Shown here: in pieces, positions 52,458-61,008 of the stretch
Layout: every line of letters begins with the position of its first letter
How positions within the stretch are numbered: position 1 is the stretch's first letter
The notes under the pieces: generated by a model
Database searches by the model: none
The model's input: the letters and a program-made list of their open reading frames with translations, nothing else
Told to the model about the DNA's origin: nothing
Made by a program: the position numbers and the translations under genes
Source: Pseudohongiellaceae bacterium
Lineage (GTDB): Bacteria > Pseudomonadota > Gammaproteobacteria > Pseudomonadales > Pseudohongiellaceae
Reading direction: 5' to 3'
DNA: 64,000 bases
NCBI GenBank assembly: GCA_965661495.1
Contig: CBFIDY010000003.1
Span: forward strand, 38,619-102,618

Positions 52458-53312
52458 ATGATCGACGAAACCACGAGACAGGCTTATTTGAAGGCGATGG
52501 GTATACAGGTGTATTACCCGCGGATTTCGCTGAGTGGCGCTCTGCCGTCCCCGCATTATGAGTTTAGCGCTTCAGCCAATTCGATCGCTGCTGAGGGCGC
52601 CCTTGCCAGCCCCGATTCCTTCCCCGACTCAAGCCCGCCCCCCAGCCCCGGCGCTGCGCCGACAGAAGCGCGTGCACTGCTTGCAGAGTCTTTGGCGCCG
52701 CTTAAGCAGGGGAGCAGGAATCCGGCTCGCCCTGTTATCGATTTAGGCTCCACAAAGTCCTCGCGCACGCAGCCAGCTGCGCCGCGTCAGCGAGCTGAGC
52801 GACCGGTTTTCCGCAGCGCGCCTAAAGAGGGCGAGGGCTCGCTGCGCTTTGATATCGGCTATGCCATGCTCGGTGAGGGAGTTGCTGTGCTGTACGAGTT
52901 GCCACCAGTGGCGAGCAGCGAGGATAAGCGCAAAGCGAAAGCGCTCCTTAATGCCATCATGCGGGCCTGCGAATTCAAAAATCGCAGCGGTGAGTCAAGC
53001 TACGACAGTGAGATTCCCCACGAGCGCTTCAGCTGGCCGATGGCCGATGGCTTAGGGTTGCCAGCCAGTGATAAAGGCGGCGAAGCTGCGCTGGCCGGGT
53101 TTCTGCGCAGCCGCTACGAGGGCGACGGTTTTTCAGAGCTGCTGATCTTCGGCGGTGTCGTTGAGAGCCTCGTTAGTCAGCTTGCAACTGATCTCGGGGC
53201 CAGGCACACGCTTTTCGCCTCGCTTGCAGCCATGCTGTCTTTGGCCTCACTCAAGCGCGAGACATGGGCCGATCTACAGCCCGTGCTGAAGCGTATTCGC
53301 GCAAACTCCTAG
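52458..53312 (+). CDS. holD: Probable DNA polymerase III psi subunit, long pseudomonad-type (HolD-like)
   Basis: It sits directly upstream of rimI, as holD does in enterics and pseudomonads. The N-terminal RQAYLKAMGIQVYYPR resembles the psi N-terminal motif (E. coli RDWQLQQLGITQWSLRRP). The middle is low-complexity and P/A/S-rich. Similarity is weak and judged from memory. Confidence 0.45.
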   Translation: MIDETTRQAYLKAMGIQVYYPRISLSGALPSPHYEFSASANSIAAEGALASPDSFPDSSPPPSPGAAPTEARALLAESLAPLKQGSRNPARPVIDLGSTKSSRTQPAAPRQRAERPVFRSAPKEGEGSLRFDIGYAMLGEGVAVLYELPPVASSEDKRKAKALLNAIMRACEFKNRSGESSYDSEIPHERFSWPMADGLGLPASDKGGEAALAGFLRSRYEGDGFSELLIFGGVVESLVSQLATDLGARHTLFASLAAMLSLASLKRETWADLQPVLKRIRANS

Positions 53313-53336
53313 GCAAAAACAAGAAACGATCAAATC

Positions 53337-53807
53337 ATGCTCCCCGAAATCCCCAGCAATGAGTTTTTCGCTCGCGCCATGCGTTCGAGCGATCTCGATC
53401 TTGTCGTTCGCAACGAAGCTGCTGCTTACGAGTCGCCCTGGAGCAAGCGCGTTTTTGTAGACTGTCTGCGTGCGGGCTATCAATGCTGGGTGCTTGCCAA
53501 CAAGGATCAAATCGCGGCCCACGGTGTGATGTCTGTAGCGATAGGTGAATGCCATTTGCTCACCCTGTGTGTGGCGCCGGAATTCCAGCGCGCGGGTCTC
53601 GGCCGTCGGTTGTTCAAACTTCTGCTCGAAAAGGCGGCCAAACTTGACGCGGAAACCTGCTTTTTAGAGGTGCGCAAATCCAACAGTGCGGCGATTTGCC
53701 TGTATCAGTCTTTGGGCTTTACTCAGATAGGTGAGCGCAAGGGTTACTATCCTGGTGGTGCGAAGAGTGAAGACGCGCTAGTGATGTCGGCGTTGGTGCA
53801 ACGCTAG
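53337..53807 (+). CDS. rimI: Ribosomal-protein-S18-alanine N-acetyltransferase
   Basis: GNAT fold with LLTLCVAPEFQRAGLGRRL (acetyl-CoA site) and FLEVRKSNSAAICLYQSLGF. Confidence 0.85.
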   Translation: MLPEIPSNEFFARAMRSSDLDLVVRNEAAAYESPWSKRVFVDCLRAGYQCWVLANKDQIAAHGVMSVAIGECHLLTLCVAPEFQRAGLGRRLFKLLLEKAAKLDAETCFLEVRKSNSAAICLYQSLGFTQIGERKGYYPGGAKSEDALVMSALVQR

Positions 53808-54016
53808 CGCCGGAAGCGGCTGATCAAAAAGCCGATAAGCGCTGCCACACAGACTATGCCCATTAGCAGCATTAGCAGCGCGCCGAGCTGAACCGCCAGC
53901 GCCTCCACCGGAATGTCCTGCCAAAGCGACAGGCCCCACAGGCTTCCTGCTCCAATTAAAATACCGCTGAGCGCAGCGGCGGTTTTCTTTCGCAGCTTTA
54001 GAAACGAAAAAATCAT
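53804..54016 (-). CDS. Small two-TM membrane protein, hypothetical
   Basis: 70 aa with two hydrophobic helices. ATGA-type 4-nt overlap with the upstream zinc-finger gene suggests translational coupling. Confidence 0.5.
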   Translation of the reverse strand: MIFSFLKLRKKTAAALSGILIGAGSLWGLSLWQDIPVEALAVQLGALLMLLMGIVCVAALIGFLISRFRR

Positions 54017-54480
54017 AGTTCGGGCTCGCCTTGCTTGTCGTTATAACTTGCTGTGCAGTCGGGGTAGCTGCTGCAGCCCCAAAATGTGCCATTTTTGCCT
54101 TGCCTCTGACGTAGAAGCTGGCCGCAGCGCTTACAGCGATAGCCGCGTTCGGGGCGTCCGTCGACATCGTTGACCTTAACCTTGCAGCCTTTGCTGTAGC
54201 CGCTACAAAACCAATAATCGGCGGTGTTGTCTGTTTTCTTATCTGCGCGCACCAGTTTGCGTGTACAGAGCGGGCAGCGATAGTCGGGGTTTATTTCGGT
54301 GCTCGGTTTACCATCAACCTCGTTGAGTGTGGTTGTGCATTTGGGGAAGCCACTGCATCCCCAGAACGGGCCCATCCGCCCCTCGATGCGGCGCATAGGC
54401 AGTTTGCAGGTCGGGCAGGGGTGTGTTCGTTCGTCTGTTGACGCAACACTGTCAGGATGTGGCTTGTCAGAATGCTCCAT
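54013..54480 (-). CDS. Topoisomerase-type C4 zinc-finger protein (three zf-C4_Topoisom repeats, YrdD-like)
   Basis: Three repeats of the CPxC...G.FWGCSGFPKC pattern: CPTCKLP..FWGCSGFPKC, CPLCTRK..WFCSGYSKGC and CKRCGQL..FWGCSSYPDC. Confidence 0.8.
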   Translation of the reverse strand: MEHSDKPHPDSVASTDERTHPCPTCKLPMRRIEGRMGPFWGCSGFPKCTTTLNEVDGKPSTEINPDYRCPLCTRKLVRADKKTDNTADYWFCSGYSKGCKVKVNDVDGRPERGYRCKRCGQLLRQRQGKNGTFWGCSSYPDCTASYNDKQGEPEL

Positions 54481-54548
54481 TGCTCGCCTTGGCTACTGTC
54501 CTGTTTTTCCGCGCACTGTTGACTGGTTTGTCATCCTTGATTACGGAG

Positions 54549-55622
54549 TCAAGGGATCAGCGTTTTCAATGCGTCGACTAGTCGTGTATTTTCCGCGGCG
54601 CTGCCGATAGATATTCGCAGTTTGTCCCTGAGTCTGTCCTGATCGAAGTAGCGCACGAGTATGCCCCGGGACTTGAGCTGTTCGTAAAGGCCTACAGCAC
54701 TAGTTCCCGGCGGTGCGGTACAGAGCAGGAAGTTGCTCTGGCTAGGCAGCGTCTCGAAGCCTAGTTCCGCTAACTGGCTCTGCAGATCATTGCGGCTCGC
54801 GCGCACTTTCTCCCATGTCTCGCGCGCGTAGTCTTGGGAGCGAAGCGCAGCGCTCGCCAGGCTCTGGGCGATGGCGTCGGTGTTGTAGCTGTCGCGCGTC
54901 TTGAAAAGGACCGGCGCGGCCAGAGATTTCGCCGCTAAGCCGTAGCCGAATCGCAGGCCGGCGAGGGAATAGCCTTTGCTGAGAGTCCGCAGAATAACGA
55001 GATTATCAAAGCGCGAGAGTAGCGGCACGCAGTCGTGATCCTGGTCTGGGTCGACAAAGTCTATGTAGGCTTCGTCGATCACCAGTAGGCCGCTAAAATT
55101 CTCGGCGATAGTGGCAATGACCTCAGCGCTCACAAGCGCTCCCGTAGGGGCGTGTGGATTAACTAAGATAAACGCCTTGGCTTTGAGTCGTTGTAATTGA
55201 TCCGTGAGATCTTTTGGCAGTTGCCACTGTTCATCGAGATCAATCTCTTCCAGAGTAGCGCCTTGGATCGCGGTAAGCACTGGGTAAAGAGAGTAGGTAG
55301 GGCGAGTGGTCGCAACAACCTCGCCTTCATCGACGAAAGTGGTCAGCAAAAGGCGCAGCAGCTCGTCACCGCCGTTGGTCGGGATAATGTTGTCCTTGTG
55401 CAAACCGTGCAGCTGCGCCGCCGCTTCGCGAAACTCGTCTGCTATCGGGCTCGGGTAGCGCCGCAGGCCCGCAACGTTGAACTCATTCAGCGCTGTAGCT
55501 ACCGCTGGAGCCGGAGGGTAGGGGTTCTCATTGGTATTGAGCTTGATGGTATCCGCGTTCTGGGGCTGCTCTCCGGGAGCATAGCCGCTCATGGCGGAGA
55601 TATTAGATCGTTCGAGTGTCAT
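54549..55622 (-). CDS. hisC: Histidinol-phosphate aminotransferase
   Basis: LNTNENPYPP and a class-II aminotransferase core with TLSKGYSLAGLRFGY (PLP lysine). Confidence 0.88.
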   Translation of the reverse strand: MTLERSNISAMSGYAPGEQPQNADTIKLNTNENPYPPAPAVATALNEFNVAGLRRYPSPIADEFREAAAQLHGLHKDNIIPTNGGDELLRLLLTTFVDEGEVVATTRPTYSLYPVLTAIQGATLEEIDLDEQWQLPKDLTDQLQRLKAKAFILVNPHAPTGALVSAEVIATIAENFSGLLVIDEAYIDFVDPDQDHDCVPLLSRFDNLVILRTLSKGYSLAGLRFGYGLAAKSLAAPVLFKTRDSYNTDAIAQSLASAALRSQDYARETWEKVRASRNDLQSQLAELGFETLPSQSNFLLCTAPPGTSAVGLYEQLKSRGILVRYFDQDRLRDKLRISIGSAAENTRLVDALKTLIP

Positions 55623-55732
55623 TGTGGCTCGCTTGTTTATTTAATTGTGCTGCAGCTTAGTCACGAGAGTTTACACTAGCTGAGGTGTTGGGGCGCTTAT
55701 CGTTTCTCGCATAGACACTCTGGGTCAAGTGT

Positions 55733-56791
55733 TCAGAGCTCAGCTTTCGCAGCCTGACTGTAAGTTTCTAATCGATTGAGCCAGCCCTTTAGCCAGCGCT
55801 GCTCCTGACGCTCCGCCGGCGCATTAGCTACACGCGTTGTTAGCCTTTCCTGCGCTGAATTAATAAAACTTTCTAACGGTGGGAGCTTGTCGTCCATGCC
55901 CTGTAGCACCTGCAAAAGCCCCCAGCCTTGCCCATTATAGCGCTCTGTTGTTTTTAGTCCTGTGCCTTTGAAATGCACATAGTCAATGAGTGCATAGAGC
56001 CCCGCCGGCGCTGAGTCCTGCATCAGAGCCCGCAGTCGCCTGTCAATTATGTCGCGTTCATTTGCTGGCGCCGCGGCAACAATGCGTGTCGAGTTCGAAT
56101 GAAATCGGTGAATGATGAATTCAGCCTGCTCTGCCTGGGTTGTCGCGAGCAGCTCGCGCAAGGAGCGAAGGCGTGGGCCATCGAGCTCCTCTAGAAAGGC
56201 CTCGCGGCTGGGCCACGGAGAGTCGGCGTTTAGCAGCGCAGACGAATTCTCTGCACTAAATTGGCCACCATTCCGGTCGTTTGGTGAAGGCTGATGGGCG
56301 AGAGCAATAAGCCACGGCGGGAGCGTGACGCCTTTCTGTGTAAGGAAGCTGAGCAGGCTAGGGAAGGTCTCTTCGAATGCCTCGCTCTGCTCCCTCTGGT
56401 ACCAAATGAAATGCCCAATTCCAAGTGAAGGAAAGTCTTCACCGGCATTCCAACTGGTTAGGCAGGAGAGCTTCGAGGCGCACTCATTGGCAAAGACCTG
56501 TTGTCCCAGCCAGCGGGCTTGAGAGGGGCTTAATTCAATTTGTGAGCTTGAGCTCGTTTCAGAGGCGCCCTGTGCGGTCTGGTTCAAAGCGCTGAGAAAA
56601 ACACACGCTAGGCTAATGAGTAAGACGCGGAGGATCCTTGGCGCTGCCTTGGCGCCGCAGCGCCAATCTTCGTATGCACCGATGTTGATGATCGAAAAAA
56701 AGGCTTTAAAAAGACTCCGCTGGCGCTGGGTTGTCGAGACCATGAAAAGAACTCTGCTGTGATGCTGTTTGCTGAAGCAGCAGTGTAGCAA
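55733..56791 (-). CDS. Hypothetical secreted protein (start possibly ATG 56743)
   Basis: 352-aa ORF with an internal signal-like segment, RILRVLLISLACVFLSALNQTAQGA. The conserved-looking FPSLGIGHFIWY block matches no family I recognise. Confidence 0.6.
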   Translation of the reverse strand: MLHCCFSKQHHSRVLFMVSTTQRQRSLFKAFFSIINIGAYEDWRCGAKAAPRILRVLLISLACVFLSALNQTAQGASETSSSSQIELSPSQARWLGQQVFANECASKLSCLTSWNAGEDFPSLGIGHFIWYQREQSEAFEETFPSLLSFLTQKGVTLPPWLIALAHQPSPNDRNGGQFSAENSSALLNADSPWPSREAFLEELDGPRLRSLRELLATTQAEQAEFIIHRFHSNSTRIVAAAPANERDIIDRRLRALMQDSAPAGLYALIDYVHFKGTGLKTTERYNGQGWGLLQVLQGMDDKLPPLESFINSAQERLTTRVANAPAERQEQRWLKGWLNRLETYSQAAKAEL

Positions 56792-56847
56792 GATTGATTG
56801 AACTGGGGCAGGTTCGTCGTTTGAACCTGCTCTCCGGAGGCGTGGTT

Positions 56848-59136
56848 ATGCAAGATCCTAAGGCTCGCGATTCATCGCGACTCAGTGAAGAAAAGTTTCG
56901 CGCGGGTATTCGTGAGATTTATTCACAGCTAAAAAAAGAGACGTCCATGCAGGCGGGATTGCGCAGCTGTGAGCGGGCGCTTCTTGAGCTGCTTGATGCC
57001 CGGCTATTCACTGTCTACGAGCGAGTCGCGAATGGTAAAGAGCTGCGAGCCGTTTTTCGCGGAGGAGACAGTGGTAGTGATGAAGCCACAGAGATCAAAG
57101 TCCCTTTCAGCGCAACATCGATTGCCGGCTACGTTGCGCTTAGTCAAAAAGCGATTCTCGTCTGTGATGTCAACGACGCAGAAGAAGTAGCGGATATCCA
57201 TCCGAGGCTACAGTTTGATCGTCGTTTTAGCGAGGCGCGAGGGCTAGAGATTCGCTCAATGTGCGCGGTGCCGATAAAAGATGAAATTCTACTCGGTGCG
57301 ATGCAGCTCATGAATTTTACAGAGGATCGGGCGTTCGACGAGATTGATTTGAAACGCTGCGAAGTCGTTGGTCAGCTCTTTGCTCAGCAGTTTCGCTCCT
57401 CTCTCACGGGGAGTTATGGCCCCTACGACCACCTCGTTAAGCGCGGCCTGATTTCGCAGCAAGATCTCGATGAGGCGCTTACAAATACCGAAGCCGATCC
57501 GAGCGCAACGGCACGGATCCTTATGGATATCCACGGTCTCGGCGCCGATGCGATTGGACGCTCTCTTGAGCTCCATTACCGCGTTCCTTATATGCCATTT
57601 GAGGAAGGGTTAAGGTTGCCGGAGGCGCTGGTGGCGAATATCAGCAGGGAATATCTGCGGCGCAACCTATGGGTGCCAGTAGGCGGAGACAAGCACCAGG
57701 CAATAGTGCTGATCGCTGATCCTTCTAATCATCAAAAGATCATGGAGATTCAGGGCCTGCTCAATGCGCGCAGCTACGTCTTTCGGGTAGGGCTGCCAGA
57801 GCACATTCATCTCTTTCTGCGCGAACAGCGCAGTAGTGACGCTCCCGCTGGATTCCAAGATTTATTTACCGTGCTGGGTAGCACCGACAATACCCTTAAA
57901 CTTGAGCAGGCGGTCGCCGAAGAATCCGAAGCCGATGCGCCCGGCATGGTGCAGATTGTCAATCGCATGATCGCAGAGGGCGACCGCCTTGGCGCCTCGG
58001 ACATCCATATCGAGCCGGGCCGGGAAGGGTCTCCAGGTCAGGTGCGAATTCGCGTAGACGGACTCTGTAGGACTCTACTGGAAATACCTGAAGAACACTG
58101 TGCTGCAGCCATCGCGCGAGTGAAAGTGATTTCACGCCTGAATATCGCCGAGCGCAGATTGCCTCAAGATGGCAAATGTAAGCTGCTTCTTGGGGACCGC
58201 AGGATCGAGATGCGGGTAGCGACTCTGCCGACGGTTCATGGCGAGAGCCTTGTCATGAGGCTGCTGACTTCTGGCAATCCGATGGAGTTGGAAAACTTGA
58301 ATTTGAGTGCCCAAAACCAAGCTCAAATCATGTCCATTGCAGCGCAGCCCCACGGCCTTTTTCTTGTGGTGGGGCCGACGGGCTCGGGTAAGACTACAAC
58401 GCTGCACGCTGTGCTGAGCAAGCTGAACGCGCCGGAAAAGAAAATATGGACAGCAGAGGATCCGGTGGAAATCACACAGGACGGGCTGCAGCAGGTTCAG
58501 GTGCAGCCCAAAATAGATTTCACCTTTGCTAAAGCCATGCGTGCATTTCTCAGAGCAGATCCCGATGTCATCCTGATTGGCGAAATGCGAGATCAAGAAA
58601 CAGCCAATATTGCCATTGAAGCCTCTCTCACAGGCCATCTCGTGCTCTCGACCCTGCACACGAACTCTGCGCCGGAAACCATCACGCGGCTGTTAGATCT
58701 GGGGCTCGATGCAATCAATTTCTCCGACGCATTGCTGGGCGTGCTCGCTCAGCGGTTGCTAAGGACTTTTTGTGCCCATTGCAAACGAGCTTACACTCCA
58801 GATGAGATGGAGAAAAAACGGCTTATCGAGTCTTATGGTGCGAAAGCGTTTGCGAGCCATGGTCTGAATGACCACAGCTGGGCGATGTACCGAGCGGTGG
58901 GCTGCGGCGAGTGCGGCGGCACAGGGTACAAAGGCAGGATGGCTATTCATGAAATGCTGCCCTGCAGCGGCAAGCTGCGGCAGATGATCTATCGAAAGGC
59001 GAGCCTCGATGAAATTCGCAAGCAGGCGGTGGCTGAAGGGATGCGCACTATGCGTCAAGACGGCATTCAAAAGATCATCGCCGGTCACAGCGACTATAGC
59101 CAACTGCTGCAGGTTGTCGGAGTGGCGGTTGATTAA
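56848..59136 (+). CDS. GspE/PilB-family secretion ATPase with N-terminal GAF domain and T2SSE_N (MshEN-like) domain
   Basis: ATG 56848 preceded by GGAGG; the track ORF starts at TTG 56794. A GAF-like region spans roughly residues 40-190, followed by T2SSE_N (LVKRGLISQQDLDEAL...). Walker A GPTGSGKTTT, Asp and His boxes, and the tetracysteine motif CAHC...CGECGGTGYKGR are present. Confidence 0.85.
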   Translation: MQDPKARDSSRLSEEKFRAGIREIYSQLKKETSMQAGLRSCERALLELLDARLFTVYERVANGKELRAVFRGGDSGSDEATEIKVPFSATSIAGYVALSQKAILVCDVNDAEEVADIHPRLQFDRRFSEARGLEIRSMCAVPIKDEILLGAMQLMNFTEDRAFDEIDLKRCEVVGQLFAQQFRSSLTGSYGPYDHLVKRGLISQQDLDEALTNTEADPSATARILMDIHGLGADAIGRSLELHYRVPYMPFEEGLRLPEALVANISREYLRRNLWVPVGGDKHQAIVLIADPSNHQKIMEIQGLLNARSYVFRVGLPEHIHLFLREQRSSDAPAGFQDLFTVLGSTDNTLKLEQAVAEESEADAPGMVQIVNRMIAEGDRLGASDIHIEPGREGSPGQVRIRVDGLCRTLLEIPEEHCAAAIARVKVISRLNIAERRLPQDGKCKLLLGDRRIEMRVATLPTVHGESLVMRLLTSGNPMELENLNLSAQNQAQIMSIAAQPHGLFLVVGPTGSGKTTTLHAVLSKLNAPEKKIWTAEDPVEITQDGLQQVQVQPKIDFTFAKAMRAFLRADPDVILIGEMRDQETANIAIEASLTGHLVLSTLHTNSAPETITRLLDLGLDAINFSDALLGVLAQRLLRTFCAHCKRAYTPDEMEKKRLIESYGAKAFASHGLNDHSWAMYRAVGCGECGGTGYKGRMAIHEMLPCSGKLRQMIYRKASLDEIRKQAVAEGMRTMRQDGIQKIIAGHSDYSQLLQVVGVAVD

Positions 59137-59648
59137 AGCTTTAGGGCCTGCGCATCTACCCGCAGACTTGAGACGAGCCATTCTTCTGAAGATTCGACGA
59201 AATCGATCTCAATCGTAGCAGGCCCCGACGCGAATTGTGCGCGAATACGGTAGCTGGCTTCGCCTGCCTGTGCGCTAAGTAAGCCTCTATCGATTTCGGC
59301 CGTGAGCGAACCTATCGTTCGCAAGCTGCCCAGTCGTCTTCGTTGCTCTGAGAGCCGCGCTGGCCAGTCAAGCTCAGGCGTGAACTCGAACAGGCTTGAG
59401 TGTGCATAGAGAAGCAGGGTCGTATTGCGCCTGTCGTTGAATATTTCCTCCGCTATTGCCAGAGCTAGATCGCTGAGACCGCGTCGCGTATCTCTATAGT
59501 CCATGAGGTGTAGTGCAACGAGGGTGAACAGAAGAATGCAGGCAATCAGCAGTGCGGTTTTAGGAGATCGTCCCGCGACGCGAGATTGCTCAGAGGAGGT
59601 GGAGGCACCGTTGACGCCGTTTGTTTTTGTTGGAGAGTCGCTGTTCAT
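59133..59648 (-). CDS. Hypothetical single-pass membrane protein
   Basis: The ORF is read from ATG 59648 (MNSDSPTK...); the track ORF starts at 59702. One TM helix (TALLIACILLFTLVALHL). Its stop overlaps the stop of the convergent ATPase gene within TTAA. I recognise no family. Confidence 0.5.
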   Translation of the reverse strand: MNSDSPTKTNGVNGASTSSEQSRVAGRSPKTALLIACILLFTLVALHLMDYRDTRRGLSDLALAIAEEIFNDRRNTTLLLYAHSSLFEFTPELDWPARLSEQRRRLGSLRTIGSLTAEIDRGLLSAQAGEASYRIRAQFASGPATIEIDFVESSEEWLVSSLRVDAQALKL

Positions 59649-60028
59649 AGTGTGCTCGTTGCGGTTAGGGAGTGCTGGTGTAAGGGTATTCCTACGCGGC
59701 ATTAAAAAGTGTTTTGGCCTGAAATGAGCGAAGTCTACACCGGCTTAACGGAACGCTTGGTTTTAGTGTTTAAAAAAGCTTAATTAAATCAGTTATTAGC
59801 ATCTTTTGAGAAAAAGAGTTGAGCGCTCAGCCCGAGTTTTTATGCACAAAAGCGGCTTAGCTGTAATAAAACGCTATATTTTACGGGTATTTTTCTTGTA
59901 CAGACTGTATAAAACCCTTAACTTATTGATATTATTTAAGTAATTATATTGATCAAAAATTAAACAATTCGAATAAAAAACCCCTATTTTACGCGCGTTA
60001 AGCACCAATTTCTTTTCTATCCCCAGAG

Positions 60029-60051
60029 TTATCCACAGGAACTGTGGAAAA
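60029..60051. promoter_or_regulatory. 23-bp near-palindrome TTATCCACAG-GAA-CTGTGGAAAA containing a consensus DnaA box (TTATCCACA) and an inverted variant (TTTTCCACA)
   Basis: Read directly. It sits at the GC-side edge of a roughly 280-bp AT-rich block. It could be a DnaA-box pair or a dimeric-regulator operator. Confidence 0.45.
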
Positions 60052-60259
60052 CACCCGCCCATCTCGCATATCGTGAAATAGTATAGATAGCATGGACTTA
60101 GGAGGCTAAGGTCGGTGCTACTTGAGCTGTTATCCCTAAGCCTCGGTGTTTGTCTACCCGCAGGCCCTTTTTCTCCCTCCATCAGACAAACGATTCTGTC
60201 GTGTTCGCGCTTGTGCTATCTTAGATTCAGACGATTTTTTTCTCAGGCACTGTTTCTTC

Positions 60260-60907
60260 ATGATCGACCTCACTGCTGACATTCCTTTTCTGTGGCGTCT
60301 TGGTGCCGAGAGCAGCGAAGGTTACTGCTCCGTATCGATGGTGGTGCCCTGTCCCCCAGAGACAGAGATCGAGGACCTGACTATCGAGACTTCTGTGCTT
60401 AGCCTAGCGTCGGATAGCCTGCGCTCGGCGCATGAGGAGACCCTCGAATGGAATGAAGAAGATATCAGTTTGTTTCTGCGGCTGCTCAACCAGCGTCGAC
60501 CTGATGCTCAGGTTGCACCGGGTTCAAGCTTGCGAGTCGATCTTGCCGACCCCGAAGTGATAGAGATCATTCACATTGTTGCCGCTGCCGGCTTCGGAGT
60601 TGCGTTCACTTCAACAGGCCTTCTGCGAGCACCGCAGGCATTGGTTCCGGCTCCGCGCTTTGATGTCGGCTCAAAAGCCTCGATTAACACAGTGATGGGT
60701 TTCACGCAGGTTGTCGTAGTTGATGTGGATGACGACGATGTAGTCTGTGTCTTAATGGAAGAGCTTGATGTGCAGGCCATTGATTCCTCCGCAGACGAGT
60801 ACGACAAGCTCCTACCCAATGATCTACTCCTAGTGCAGCGCGCAGATATTCTGCACGCAGACTACGCGGAAGCACGGGAGAGGCCCGCTGCTGCGACTTT
60901 GCAGTAG
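60260..60907 (+). CDS. Hypothetical acidic protein, no recognisable family
   Basis: 215 aa from ATG 60260; the track ORF begins at 60146 with a non-ATG start. It is D/E-rich (VVVVDVDDDDVVCVLMEELDVQAIDSSADEYD) and has no TM helix or signal peptide. Confidence 0.5.
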   Translation: MIDLTADIPFLWRLGAESSEGYCSVSMVVPCPPETEIEDLTIETSVLSLASDSLRSAHEETLEWNEEDISLFLRLLNQRRPDAQVAPGSSLRVDLADPEVIEIIHIVAAAGFGVAFTSTGLLRAPQALVPAPRFDVGSKASINTVMGFTQVVVVDVDDDDVVCVLMEELDVQAIDSSADEYDKLLPNDLLLVQRADILHADYAEARERPAAATLQ

Positions 60908-60918
60908 ATCGCGGTCCT

Positions 60919-61008
60919 TCATTGAGCCGCGGCACTTCATTGAGCTGCGGCAATTCAGTGAGCTGCGGCACTTAATTAAGCCGCGGCACTTAATTAAGCC
61001 GCGGCACT
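60919..61008. repeat. Tandem array of five 18-bp iterons with a GCCGCGGC core, plus degenerate flanking copies at 60901-60918 and 61009-61026
   Basis: The units are TCATTGAGCCGCGGCACT, TCATTGAGCTGCGGCAAT, TCAGTGAGCTGCGGCACT, TAATTAAGCCGCGGCACT and TAATTAAGCCGCGGCACT, read head to tail with no spacer. Confidence 0.92.

Noticed and set aside
59741-60060. Chromosomal replication origin (oriC), considered because of the AT-rich DNA plus a TTATCCACA box.
   Set aside because: There is only one consensus DnaA box plus one or two variants, and a single GATC in the AT-rich part. I see no 13-mer-type repeats, and none of the usual flanking genes (dnaA/dnaN, gidA/mioC, rpmH) are present.
59874-60182. 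102-aa minus-strand ORF inside the AT-rich block.
   Set aside because: It is an AT-rich stretch read through by chance. The composition (N/I/K/Y/L runs) and lack of an RBS argue against a real gene.
60115-60279. 54-codon upstream ORF with a good AGGAGG Shine-Dalgarno (60100-60105) and a GTG start, overlapping the start of the 215-aa ORF.
   Set aside because: It is full of codons that are rare for this genome (CTA x3, TTA, AGA x3) and has no recognisable features. It cannot be supported from sequence alone. The nearby 8-bp inverted repeat GTTTGTCT/AGACAAAC (60148-60155 / 60184-60191) suggests leader RNA structure instead.
60702-60971. 89-aa minus-strand ORF whose N-terminus reads as hexapeptide repeats (PQLTELPQLNEVPRLNE).
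   Set aside because: The repeats are just the 18-bp iterons read in one frame. The rest is antisense to the 215-aa ORF, and further upstream copies contain stops.
60919-61008. Could the 18-bp repeats be a CRISPR array?
   Set aside because: The repeats are directly abutting with no spacers, the unit is too short, and there are no cas genes in the window.
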